DNA from: an uncultured Bacilli bacterium
GTDB taxonomy: Bacteria > Bacillota_I > Bacilli_A > RF39 > UBA660
Reading direction: 5' to 3'
DNA length: 64,000 bases
NCBI GenBank assembly: GCA_934141575.1
Contig: CAKPCJ010000003.1
Span: forward strand, 1,756-65,755
The position numbers and the translations under genes are program-made. Shown one piece after another: positions 55,379 to 64,000 of the stretch. Numbering within the stretch: the stretch's first letter is position 1; each line of letters starts with the position of its first letter. The notes beneath the pieces are model-generated. The model was given only the letters and a program-made list of their open reading frames with translations. It was not told where the DNA came from and did no database searches.

Positions 55379-55918
55379 TTATTTAGAAGCTTTTTTACCT
55401 TCTTTACGACGAATATGTTCATCAGTATAGCGAATACCCTTACCTTTATATGGTTCAGGTTGTCTAACAGCTCTTATTTTTGCAGCAAATTCACCAACTG
55501 CTACTTTATCTATACCTGATACTTTAATCTCAGTAGTGCTAACTGCTTCTACTGATAAGCCTTCAGGAATTTCTAAAGTAACTTGATGAGAATAACCAGC
55601 ATTAATAACTAAATTTTTACCACTAACTTGGAAACGGTAACCTACACCAACAATTTCAAGTCCTTTTGAAAATCCATCACTAACGCCTTCAATCATATTT
55701 TTGATGATTGCATTTGTTGTACCATGTACTTGTTTAGTAGTTTTAATATCATTTGCTCTTTTAACTTTAACTTGTTTTTCTTCTACTGAAACAGTAATAT
55801 CTCTTGGAACTAAATGAGTTAATTCACCTTTAGGTCCTTTAACATTAACATGATTATCAGATAAAGTTACTTCAACATTATCTGGTATTGATAGTACTCT
55901 ATTACCAATACGACTCAT
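55379..55918 (-). CDS. rplF: 50S ribosomal protein L6
   Basis: 179 aa canonical. Confidence 0.95.
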   Translation of the reverse strand: MSRIGNRVLSIPDNVEVTLSDNHVNVKGPKGELTHLVPRDITVSVEEKQVKVKRANDIKTTKQVHGTTNAIIKNMIEGVSDGFSKGLEIVGVGYRFQVSGKNLVINAGYSHQVTLEIPEGLSVEAVSTTEIKVSGIDKVAVGEFAAKIRAVRQPEPYKGKGIRYTDEHIRRKEGKKASK

Positions 55919-55939
55919 AATGACACCTCCTTGATTTTT

Positions 55940-56326
55940 TTACCAAATATAAGCCAATACTTCTCCACCTAGGTTTTGACGACGAGCTTCTTTGTCAGTC
56001 ATAACACCGTTAGATGTTGAAATAATTGCAATTCCTAATCCATTTAATACCTTTGGAATTTCAGAAGATTTTGCATATACACGTAATCCTGGTTTAGATA
56101 TTCTCTTCAATCCAGAAATAACTCTTTCTTTCTTAGTTCCATATTTTAAATTAATAGTCATATCGTTATCTTTAACGCTATAATCTTCAATAAATCCTTC
56201 TTTTTTAAGAATTTTAACGATTTCCAATTTCATTTTAGAAACAGGGATACTTACTTCTGCATAATGTAATTGATTAGCATTACGAATTCTTGTAAGTAAA
56301 TCTGCGATTGGATCATTTACTGGCAT
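55940..56326 (-). CDS. rpsH: 30S ribosomal protein S8
   Basis: 128 aa canonical. Confidence 0.95.
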   Translation of the reverse strand: MPVNDPIADLLTRIRNANQLHYAEVSIPVSKMKLEIVKILKKEGFIEDYSVKDNDMTINLKYGTKKERVISGLKRISKPGLRVYAKSSEIPKVLNGLGIAIISTSNGVMTDKEARRQNLGGEVLAYIW

Positions 56327-56344
56327 ACTAATACCTCCTTATCT

Positions 56345-56530
56345 TTACCAACTAGATTTTTTAACACCTGGAATTTGTCCATTATTAGCAAGTTCTCTAA
56401 AACAAATACGACATATTCCATATTTTTTTAATACACTGTGTGGTCTTCCACATCTGCTACAACGAGTATACTCACGAACCTTAAACTTTTGAGGTTTTTG
56501 TGATTTTACTACCATACTTTTCTTTGCCAT
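56345..56530 (-). CDS. rpsN: 30S ribosomal protein S14 type Z (zinc-binding, 61 aa)
   Basis: CSRCGRP...CRICFRE Zn motif. Confidence 0.95.
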   Translation of the reverse strand: MAKKSMVVKSQKPQKFKVREYTRCSRCGRPHSVLKKYGICRICFRELANNGQIPGVKKSSW

Positions 56531-56542
56531 ATTGTCTCCTCC

Positions 56543-57082
56543 TTACTTCTTAAAAGGAACTTTCATTCCACTTAACAAATCAAATGCTTCTTCATTTGTA
56601 TTAGCTGTAGTTACAATTACAATATCCATACCACGTAATTTAACGATTTTATCGTATTCGATTTCTGGGAATATTAATTGTTCTTTAATACCTAAAGTAT
56701 AATTTCCTTTTCCATCGAATGCCTTCTTAGAAACACCTCTAAAATCTCTAACTCTAGGTAAAGCTATATTGATTAACTTATCAAGGAAAACAAACATTTT
56801 TTCTCCTCTTAAAGTAACTTTACAACCAATAGCTTGGCCTTCTCTAACTTTAAATCCTGCGATTGATTTCTTAGCTCTAGTAACTACTGGTTTAGCACCT
56901 GTAATTAACTCAAGATCACTCATAGCAGCATCTATCAATTTAGAATTTGTTGTAGCATCACCACAACCAATATTAATTACAACCTTTTCAATTTTTGGAC
57001 ATTGCATGATTGAAGAATATTTATATTTATCCATTAAGCTTGGAACTACTTCATTCATATATTTTTCTTTTAGGCGGTTCAT
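56543..57082 (-). CDS. rplE: 50S ribosomal protein L5
   Basis: 179 aa canonical. Confidence 0.95.
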   Translation of the reverse strand: MNRLKEKYMNEVVPSLMDKYKYSSIMQCPKIEKVVINIGCGDATTNSKLIDAAMSDLELITGAKPVVTRAKKSIAGFKVREGQAIGCKVTLRGEKMFVFLDKLINIALPRVRDFRGVSKKAFDGKGNYTLGIKEQLIFPEIEYDKIVKLRGMDIVIVTTANTNEEAFDLLSGMKVPFKK

Positions 57083-57099
57083 AATTACCCTCCTTCCAA

Positions 57100-57375
57100 T
57101 TAATTATCTTTCTTAGATTTTTTTGTAGTAGTTTTCTTAGTAGTTTTCTTATCTTCTTCAGTAACTAACTTAACATTAGAAACATGGATAGGAGCTTCCA
57201 TTTCGATTATACTACCTTTTTCATTTTGTTGATTTGGCTTCATATGTTTTTTTACCATATTTATTCCTTCAACTATAACTTTATCATCTTTACATACTTT
57301 TGTTATCTTACCAGATTTAGTTCTATCTTTACCAGCAATAATAACAACCTTATCTCCAGTTTTAAGTTTCTTCAC
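57100..57375 (-). CDS. rplX: 50S ribosomal protein L24 with Lys/Thr-rich C-terminal tail
   Basis: KOW motif; tail [16 protein letters not shown]. Confidence 0.93.
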   Translation of the reverse strand: MKKLKTGDKVVIIAGKDRTKSGKITKVCKDDKVIVEGINMVKKHMKPNQQNEKGSIIEMEAPIHVSNVKLVTEEDKKTTKKTTTKKSKKDN

Positions 57376-57386
57376 GATTTACCTCC

Positions 57387-57761
57387 TTATAGTACTTCGC
57401 TAGCAAGAGAAACAATCTTCATATAGTCTTTATCCCTAAGTTCTCTTGCAACTGGTCCTAATACACGAGTTCCAACAGGTGTCTTATCTTCAGCACTTTT
57501 GATAAGTACACATGCATTATCGTCAAATCTTATATAAGTACCATCTTTTCTTTTTGTAGCAGCTTTAGTTCTTACAATAACTGCTCTAACTACTTTTCCC
57601 TTTTGAACTGATCCATTTGGAATTGCTTTCTTAACAGTTGCAACTACAACGTCACCTAAACCACCAAATTTACGTTTAGAACCACCAAGAACTCTAATAA
57701 CTAAAAGTTCTCTTGCTCCAGAATTATCAGCTACTTTTAAACGGGTTTGTTGTGCTATCAT
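57387..57761 (-). CDS. rplN: 50S ribosomal protein L14
   Basis: [16 protein letters not shown] canonical. Confidence 0.95.
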   Translation of the reverse strand: MIAQQTRLKVADNSGARELLVIRVLGGSKRKFGGLGDVVVATVKKAIPNGSVQKGKVVRAVIVRTKAATKRKDGTYIRFDDNACVLIKSAEDKTPVGTRVLGPVARELRDKDYMKIVSLASEVL

Positions 57762-57791
57762 AATTTTCCTCCTTCGCTTATTTAAAGAGAC

Positions 57792-58049
57792 CTATAAAAT
57801 TACGGCTTCTTCAACTATCTCTACTAATTCAAAACGTTTAGTTTTAGATAATGGTCTAGTTTCCATAATACGAACTTTGTCGCCAACTTTTGCTCTGTTT
57901 TCTTCATCGTGAGCAACATATTTCTTAGAAACTTTAACAAGCTTACCATATAATGGATGTTTCTTTCTAGTTTCTACTTTAACAATAATAGTCTTATCGT
58001 TCTTGTCACTAACAACAGTTCCAATAATTTGTTTTCTAACCTTTTCCAT
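57792..58049 (-). CDS. rpsQ: 30S ribosomal protein S17
   Basis: 85 aa canonical. Confidence 0.95.
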   Translation of the reverse strand: MEKVRKQIIGTVVSDKNDKTIIVKVETRKKHPLYGKLVKVSKKYVAHDEENRAKVGDKVRIMETRPLSKTKRFELVEIVEEAVIL

Positions 58050-58058
58050 CCTAGCCTC

Positions 58059-58268
58059 CTACATTTCCTTTAGTTCACGTTCACGCAAAACTGTTTTTAA
58101 TCTTGCGATCAATTTTCTTAATTCTTTAATTCTAGAAGGTTTTTCTAAGTTACCAGTAGCTTGTTGAAAACGTAAATTAAATAATTCCTCTTTAGTTTCT
58201 TCAATCTTCTTAACTATTTCATCAGTGGTTAAATTTCTTATTTCATTAACCTTCATTAAGATCACCAC
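58059..58268 (-). CDS. rpmC: 50S ribosomal protein L29
   Basis: Canonical; probable true start MKVNEIRNL (about 58253). Confidence 0.9.
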   Translation of the reverse strand: MVILMKVNEIRNLTTDEIVKKIEETKEELFNLRFQQATGNLEKPSRIKELRKLIARLKTVLRERELKEM

Positions 58269-58677
58269 CTTGTTCTTTCTTTACAAACTTTGTTTTAATT
58301 GGTAATTTATGGCTTGCAAGTCTCAATGCTTCACGAGCAACTGATTCTTCTACACCAGAAATTTCAAACATAATTTTGTTTTCTTTAACAACTGCTACCC
58401 AAAGTTCAACAGCACCTTTACCTTTTCCTTGACGAGTTTCAAGAGGTTTTTTAGTTTTTGGCATATGTGGGAAAATATTAACATAAACCTTTCCACCACG
58501 TTTCATATAACGAGTCATCGCTACACGAGCTGCTTCTATTTGATTAGCTGTTATCCAAGCACCTTCTTTTGCTTGTAAACCATATTCACCAAAATGTAAT
58601 TCAGTATTACCTCTAGAAAGTCCTTCATAAGGTAATCTATGAACTCTACGATATTTAGTTCTTGCTGGTATTAACAT
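58246..58677 (-). CDS. rplP: 50S ribosomal protein L16
   Basis: 143 aa canonical. Confidence 0.95.
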   Translation of the reverse strand: MLIPARTKYRRVHRLPYEGLSRGNTELHFGEYGLQAKEGAWITANQIEAARVAMTRYMKRGGKVYVNIFPHMPKTKKPLETRQGKGKGAVELWVAVVKENKIMFEISGVEESVAREALRLASHKLPIKTKFVKKEQGGDLNEG

Positions 58678-59332
58678 CTACATTACCTCCCTTATTATTT
58701 TTACTAGGAAGTATTTCACCTTTATTAATCCATACTTTAACACCAATTTTACCGAAAGTTGTATCAGCTTCTGCTGTTGCATAATCGATATCAGCACGTA
58801 AAGTATGAAGTGGTATCATTCCTTCAGTATAACCTTCGCTGCGAGCCATATCTGCTCCATCTAATCTTCCTGAAACAGAAGTTTTAATACCCTTAGCTCC
58901 AGCCTTCATAGCATTTCTGATTGCTCTTTTTTGAGTCATTCTAAATGATGCTCTGTTTTCAATTTGATGAGCAATTGATTGAGCTACTATTTTAGCATCC
59001 AAATCAGGTTGCTTAATTTCTTTGATCGAAATTTGGATATTTTCACCAGTCATTTTGTTAAGAGCCTTCTTAATCTTTTCGATTTCTTCTCCGCCACGAC
59101 CGATAATAACACCAGGTTTAGCAGTAAAAATAGTAACTTCTGTAGATTTTTCAGTTCTTTCAATAAGAATATCTGAAACTGAAGCTTCTGACAAAGTTTT
59201 TACAAGATATTCTCTTATTTTAATATCTCTTAATAAATAAGTAGAATAATCTTTCTTTGAAGCATACCATTTAGATTGCCAAGATTTATTTCCGCCTAAT
59301 CTAAATCCATTAGGATTGACCTTTTGTCCCAT
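58655..59332 (-). CDS. rpsC: 30S ribosomal protein S3
   Basis: 225 aa; KH domain. Confidence 0.95.
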   Translation of the reverse strand: MGQKVNPNGFRLGGNKSWQSKWYASKKDYSTYLLRDIKIREYLVKTLSEASVSDILIERTEKSTEVTIFTAKPGVIIGRGGEEIEKIKKALNKMTGENIQISIKEIKQPDLDAKIVAQSIAHQIENRASFRMTQKRAIRNAMKAGAKGIKTSVSGRLDGADMARSEGYTEGMIPLHTLRADIDYATAEADTTFGKIGVKVWINKGEILPSKNNKGGNVDVNTSKN

Positions 59333-59344
59333 TACTTAACCTCC

Positions 59345-59698
59345 TTATAGTCTTTCTGCTACTGTAACAATAATATGGCTTGTTCTATGGTCATTTCGAT
59401 CAACATGACCTCTTGAACCCATCTTAATTCTTTTCATAACTGGTCCATCATTAACGAAACATTCTTTAACATAAAGCTTAGTTTCATCTAAATGCATATT
59501 ATTAACAGCGTTTGCAATACTAGATCTTAATACTTTTTCAATTAAAACAGAAGCTCTAGTATTATTATTTTTTAGTATAGATAATGCTGTTGCAACATCT
59601 TTACCACGAATTAAATCAATAACTAATCTTGTCTTTTGAGCACCAATTCTAGCACCCTTATGAGTAGCAGTAGCGCTCTTCTTTTCTAATTCTTCCAT
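59345..59698 (-). CDS. rplV: 50S ribosomal protein L22
   Basis: 117 aa canonical. Confidence 0.95.
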   Translation of the reverse strand: MEELEKKSATATHKGARIGAQKTRLVIDLIRGKDVATALSILKNNNTRASVLIEKVLRSSIANAVNNMHLDETKLYVKECFVNDGPVMKRIKMGSRGHVDRNDHRTSHIIVTVAERL

Positions 59699-59722
59699 AT
59701 AAGTCCTCCTTCCATGGTAGTT

Positions 59723-59992
59723 TTATTGTTTTTTATTTTCTCCATGACCACCACATTTACGAGTCAAAGCAAATTCTCCTAATTTATGTCCAACCATATC
59801 TTCAGTAACATAAACTGGTATATGTTCTTTACCATTATGTACTGCAAATGTATGACCTACGAATTCAGGAAATATTGTTGATCTACGTGAATATGTCTTA
59901 ATAACTTCTTTTTTTTGTTTTTCATTAGCGTCCTTAACTTTTTTCATTAGCTCTTCAGCTACATAAGGACCTTTTTTAATACTTCTAGCCAT
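59723..59992 (-). CDS. rpsS: 30S ribosomal protein S19
   Basis: 89 aa canonical. Confidence 0.95.
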   Translation of the reverse strand: MARSIKKGPYVAEELMKKVKDANEKQKKEVIKTYSRRSTIFPEFVGHTFAVHNGKEHIPVYVTEDMVGHKLGEFALTRKCGGHGENKKQ

Positions 59993-60009
59993 ATTTACTC
60001 ATCCTTCCT

Positions 60010-60843
60010 TTACTTTTGATTACGTCCACGAACAATAAGTTTGTTAGAAGCTTTTTTAGTTTTTCTAGTTTTAACACCAAATGCTTTTTTACCCCAAGGT
60101 GTCATTGGTGATTTACGTCCTATTGGAGCACGACCTTCACCACCACCATGTGGGTGATCATTAGGGTTCATAACTGATCCACGTACTGTAGGTTTAATAC
60201 CCATATGACGAGTACGTCCAGCTTTACCTATCTTAACTAATTCGTAATCAGCATTTCCAACTTCACCAACTGTTGCAATACATACTCCTAATACTTTTCT
60301 TATTTCTCCACTTGTTAATCTTATCAAAACGTATTTATCTTCACGTCCTAATATTTGTGCTGAAGTTCCAGCACTTCTAGCAAGTTGAGCACCCTTTCCA
60401 GGTTTTAATTCAATATTATGAATTACTGTACCAACTGGAATATTCATTATTGGTAATGCATTTCCAACTTTAATATCAGCTTTTTCACTACTTATTATTT
60501 TTGCACCTACTTTTAAATCCTTAGGAGCAATAATATATCTTTTTTCACCATCTAAATAACTAACTAATGCAATATTTGCACTTCTGTTTGGATCGTATTC
60601 GATTGATACTACTGTACCTTGAATATCAAATTTATTTCTTTTGAAATCAATTTTACGATATTTTCTCTTAGCACCACCACCGTGATGTCTTACAGTAATT
60701 CGACCTTGGTTATTACGACCACCTGTTTTTGATAACGTTTCTACTAAGCTTTTTTCAGGCGCCTTTTTAGTAAGTTCTTCATTTACTAAAGTGCTCATGT
60801 TTCTTCTGGCATTAGTAGTTGGTTTATATGTTTTAATTGGCAT
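60010..60843 (-). CDS. rplB: 50S ribosomal protein L2
   Basis: 277 aa canonical. Confidence 0.95.
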   Translation of the reverse strand: MPIKTYKPTTNARRNMSTLVNEELTKKAPEKSLVETLSKTGGRNNQGRITVRHHGGGAKRKYRKIDFKRNKFDIQGTVVSIEYDPNRSANIALVSYLDGEKRYIIAPKDLKVGAKIISSEKADIKVGNALPIMNIPVGTVIHNIELKPGKGAQLARSAGTSAQILGREDKYVLIRLTSGEIRKVLGVCIATVGEVGNADYELVKIGKAGRTRHMGIKPTVRGSVMNPNDHPHGGGEGRAPIGRKSPMTPWGKKAFGVKTRKTKKASNKLIVRGRNQK

Positions 60844-60858
60844 AACATGTCCTCCTTA

Positions 60859-61134
60859 CTAAATTATATCTATAGACCCTTCGCTTAATTTAACGAATGC
60901 TTTTTTAATAGCTTTTGTCATACCAGTGTATTTACCAACACGTTTTTTCTTAGGTTTAGTAATACTAGTACTAACATCAGCAACTTTTACATTGAAAATA
61001 CTTTCAATTGCTTGTTTAATTTCTGTTTTATTGGCTCTTCTATCAACTTCAAATACATAAGTATTATTTTCTTTTAAAGATGCAGACTTTTCAGTAATAA
61101 TAGGAGCCTTAATTATATCTCTTGCTTTTTCCAT
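60859..61134 (-). CDS. rplW: 50S ribosomal protein L23
   Basis: 91 aa canonical. Confidence 0.93.
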   Translation of the reverse strand: MEKARDIIKAPIITEKSASLKENNTYVFEVDRRANKTEIKQAIESIFNVKVADVSTSITKPKKKRVGKYTGMTKAIKKAFVKLSEGSIDII

Positions 61135-61760
61135 TACTTAAGAGCCTCCTCAATATCAGCAATAGCGTCTTCAGTAACAACTAAATATTTTGACTTCAAG
61201 ATTTCTAAAACATTTATATTTTTAGATAAAATTACATTCAAATTACTTAAGTTACGAGTTGCTAAAGCTAAGTTTTCATTTTCTTCTTTTGTTACAAACA
61301 TAGCTGTATCATTTACACCAAGATTTTTAATAAGATCTAAAGCAGCTTTTGTTTTAGCATTGTCTAAATTAATTGAATCTACAATAATTAATTCCTTATC
61401 TAAGAATTTATATGCTAAAGCTGATTTTAAAGCTAAGCGTCTTTCTTTCTTATTCATTTTCTTGTTGTCGTAATCTCTTGGATGTGGTCCAAATACTATT
61501 CCGCCACCTCTCCATTGTGGTGCACGAATTGATCCTTGACGAGCACGACCAGTACCTTTTTGTTTCCATGGTTTTCTACCACCACCGCTAACTTCTGCTC
61601 TTGTTTTAGTGTCATGAGTTCCACTTCTTAAAGAAGCTTGTGCTAGAACTACAGCATCATATAAAACAGCATCGTTAGGTGTTATTTTCCATATTGTATC
61701 AGTTAAAGTAATATCTTTAACTTGTTCACCTTTTATGTTTAAAACTTTTTGTTTTGCCAT
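61134..61760 (-). CDS. rplD: 50S ribosomal protein L4
   Basis: 208 aa canonical. Confidence 0.95.
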   Translation of the reverse strand: MAKQKVLNIKGEQVKDITLTDTIWKITPNDAVLYDAVVLAQASLRSGTHDTKTRAEVSGGGRKPWKQKGTGRARQGSIRAPQWRGGGIVFGPHPRDYDNKKMNKKERRLALKSALAYKFLDKELIIVDSINLDNAKTKAALDLIKNLGVNDTAMFVTKEENENLALATRNLSNLNVILSKNINVLEILKSKYLVVTEDAIADIEEALK

Positions 61761-61791
61761 AATATCCTCCTTTCATCACTAGTTAAACTCT

Positions 61792-62505
61792 TTATTCATC
61801 TTGTGATGATTCACTAGACAAAGCTTCAGTTTCTTTTGAAGAATAGCTTTTCAAAGCTTCTACTTCATTCTTTTTATCTAAATTTTTAATAGCTGATCTT
61901 ACAAAAATCAATCCTTTATTAGGTCCTGGTACATTACCTTTAACTAATAATAATTTATTTTCAGCATCAACTTTAACTATTTCCAAATTTTGAATAGTAA
62001 CTGTTTCATTTCCCATATGTCCTGGTAAGTGTTTACCTTTAAAAACACGCATTGGACGCATAGTACCCATTGAACCAACGCCTCTATGATATTGAGAGCC
62101 ATGTCCCATAGGGCCTCTACTTTGATTGAAACGTTTAATTACACCTTGGAATCCTTTTCCTTTACTTGTTCCAGTAACATCTACGATTTCTCCAGCTTCG
62201 AATACATCAACAGATATTTCTTGACCTAAAGTGTAATCTTCTACATTAACACCCCTAAGTTCTTTAAAGAAGCGCTTAGGCTCAGTGTTAGCTTTTTTAA
62301 CATGACCCATTTCTGGTTTGTTGCTAAGTTTTTCTCTTTTGTCATCAAAACCAAGTTGAATAGCGTCATAGCCATCATTAGCTTTAGTTTTAATTTGTGT
62401 AACTACATTATTAGTACCAACTTCTAATACAGTAACAGGTATTAATACACCGCTTTCTGTAAATACTTGAGTCATACCAACTTTGCGAGCTAAGATTCCT
62501 TTCAT
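61792..62505 (-). CDS. rplC: 50S ribosomal protein L3 with about 30-aa acidic/Ser-rich C-terminal extension
   Basis: Canonical L3 core; tail ...[26 protein letters not shown]. Confidence 0.95.
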   Translation of the reverse strand: MKGILARKVGMTQVFTESGVLIPVTVLEVGTNNVVTQIKTKANDGYDAIQLGFDDKREKLSNKPEMGHVKKANTEPKRFFKELRGVNVEDYTLGQEISVDVFEAGEIVDVTGTSKGKGFQGVIKRFNQSRGPMGHGSQYHRGVGSMGTMRPMRVFKGKHLPGHMGNETVTIQNLEIVKVDAENKLLLVKGNVPGPNKGLIFVRSAIKNLDKKNEVEALKSYSSKETEALSSESSQDE

Positions 62506-62517
62506 TTTTTCCTCCTA

Positions 62518-62829
62518 TTAATTTTGTTTGATTTGAATTTCTACCCCGCTTGGTAAATCAATATGAGTTAATGCCTCAATGATTTCCTTACTAGGATTTT
62601 TGATATCGATTAATCTCTTGTGTGTACGCATTTCGAATTGTTCACGAGAATCTTTATATTTGTGAACAGCTCTTAAAATTGTGATTTTTTCAATTTCAGT
62701 TGGTAATGGTACTGGTCCTGAAACTTCGCCACCCAATCTCTTAATTGTATTAACAATTTTAATTGCAGCTTGATCAATTATTCTATGATCATAGCTTTTT
62801 AATCTGATACGTAATTTTGTATCTGCCAT
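62518..62829 (-). CDS. rpsJ: 30S ribosomal protein S10
   Basis: 103 aa canonical; first gene of the S10 operon. Confidence 0.95.
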   Translation of the reverse strand: MADTKLRIRLKSYDHRIIDQAAIKIVNTIKRLGGEVSGPVPLPTEIEKITILRAVHKYKDSREQFEMRTHKRLIDIKNPSKEIIEALTHIDLPSGVEIQIKQN

Positions 62830-63121
62830 ATCGAATCCTCCCTTCGCCTATATTCAATATAGACTTGCTCCGAGCAAATTACCTGACACACCATATAGTT
62901 TTTAACAACTTAACCTGGTGTATCAGCAACCTTGCACATCTAAGCCAGTCACATACTTCACAAGTATACCAAATATAAATAAGAATGTAAATACTAAAAT
63001 TAAAATTTTTTTTACTTTTTGAGCCAAAAAATTACATATATTTACATTATATTTACTATTACAATAATATGAAAAAATAACATGTTTAATAAAAATATGT
63101 TAAAATAGTAAAGGTGATAAT
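62830..63121 (-). promoter_or_regulatory. S10-operon promoter and structured 5' leader (about 290 nt)
   Basis: Long untranslated region before rpsJ with hairpins (TTGCTC-CG-GAGCAA at about 62866-62879; CCTGACACACC...GGTGTATCAG). Confidence 0.35.
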
Positions 63122-63379
63122 ATGAATAGTAAAGAAAAATTAGAAGACTTTATAAGTCACATGCCAGAAAGCATAACAAAAAGGCAAAAAGAAGAATTAT
63201 TTAAAACTATTAACAGCGCTATAGAAAATCAAAAAGATGTAAAGATAACAATTTCTGAAGATTACACTATACTGAATGCAGAAATAATTAATGGAGACAC
63301 AATAACAAAACAAACAATAGATATTAAGAAAATGATGCCAAAAAAGAAAAATAAATTCATAGAATGGCTAAATAACTAA
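63122..63379 (+). CDS. hypothetical protein (85 aa), divergent from the S10 operon
   Basis: ORF in track followed by an intrinsic terminator; no motifs. Confidence 0.45.
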   Translation: MNSKEKLEDFISHMPESITKRQKEELFKTINSAIENQKDVKITISEDYTILNAEIINGDTITKQTIDIKKMMPKKKNKFIEWLNN

Positions 63380-63408
63380 ACCTATAAGAAAATCTTATAG
63401 GTTTTATT
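63379..63408 (+). terminator. rho-independent terminator
   Basis: ACCTATAAGA-AAATC-TTATAGGT then TTTATT. Confidence 0.6.
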
Positions 63409-63523
63409 ATACAAAAAAACGGCTTCTACTCGCCTTAAGTAAACCTTAAGACGAGCTTTACCGTTATCACATTTCATCTTCTTTCTAAGTACTTTCGTTA
63501 TCCTATTCACTACATTATACATA

Positions 63524-64000
63524 TTATTGAATATTAGATTTAAGAGTAACTATCACTGGACGAGTCCCATAAATACTATTATTACTTGCATTATCATAGC
63601 TCAAATAACCACTAGTAGTTACAAAAGAAGCAAGATGAGAATTAGAAACATATGGCGTCATCATCCAATAATCCGTAGAATATAACCAAGTTGGTACATT
63701 TTCAAAAACTTCAGCTAGAGCTTTCTTGCCATTATTATAAAAAAAGGCTGTATCTAACGTACAATTATTGCTACTATCTGCATTATTTATTATACTACAT
63801 ATTTCATCAATCGTTATTAATCGTATACTATTTATGATGGTTCCCCCATTTATTGTTAAACTATTATTTTTGTACGCCGTAACACCAGTATCTATAAACT
63901 TCTTTATTGTCGAATCTTCTGTTACTGTTCCAGTTAAATCACCATTCGTAATTACTTCATTAGATGCGGCATATATATTACAACCATTTTCTGGGTTAAT
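63524..64000 (-). CDS. C-terminal part of a hypothetical secreted/surface protein (partial; continues beyond window end)
   Basis: Open minus-strand frame to window end, stop at 63524-63526; ...DYWMMTPYVSNSHLASFVTTSGYLSYDNASNNSIYGTRPVIVTLKSNIQ* (YW..TP...G.RPV pattern). Confidence 0.5.
   Translation of the reverse strand: MNPENGCNIYAASNEVITNGDLTGTVTEDSTIKKFIDTGVTAYKNNSLTINGGTIINSIRLITIDEICSIINNADSSNNCTLDTAFFYNNGKKALAEVFENVPTWLYSTDYWMMTPYVSNSHLASFVTTSGYLSYDNASNNSIYGTRPVIVTLKSNIQ

Noticed and set aside
57100-57160. Short tandem repeat agtagttttctt x2 (possible repeat or CRISPR-like signal)
   Set aside because: It is coding: it specifies the [11 protein letters not shown] lysine/threonine-rich tail of L24. 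There is no spacer-repeat periodicity anywhere in the window; no CRISPR array detected.

Overview
The window is AT-rich DNA from a low-GC Firmicute, possibly of Erysipelotrichia or Mollicutes-related affinity. It uses the standard genetic code: TGG codes for Trp, TGA is a stop, and RF2 is present with its programmed frameshift. Almost every gene lies on the minus strand. From left to right the window contains: a degraded serine-recombinase gene next to ssrA (a mobile-element remnant); ssrA-smpB-rnr-secG-eno; a GerQ-like gene and lemA; an HD-GYP-variant gene pair; the str operon (rpsL-rpsG-fusA-tuf); two non-canonical genes inserted between rpsL and rpoC; rpoC-rpoB; an origin-proximal-type cluster (ychF, DUF951, mscS, parB, parA); an orphan type IV pilin gene; prfB with the CUU_UGA_C +1 frameshift; pyrH; a ttcA-like gene; csoR; an accessory patch (SIR2-like fusion protein, membrane-anchored XRE regulator, PAP2, ogt, HD hydrolase); secA-hpf; cysS, an unknown gene in the cysE position, gltX and clpC; dxs; and the complete S10-spc-alpha ribosomal superoperon (rpsJ to rplQ, no L30). 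The window ends with a partial secreted-protein gene. The most novel-looking candidates are the CYTH-like/SIR2-like fusion protein with its membrane-tethered XRE partner, the HD-GYP-variant pair, the orphan pilin genes, and the ssrA-linked recombinase remnant carrying an A_AAA_AAG slippery site.
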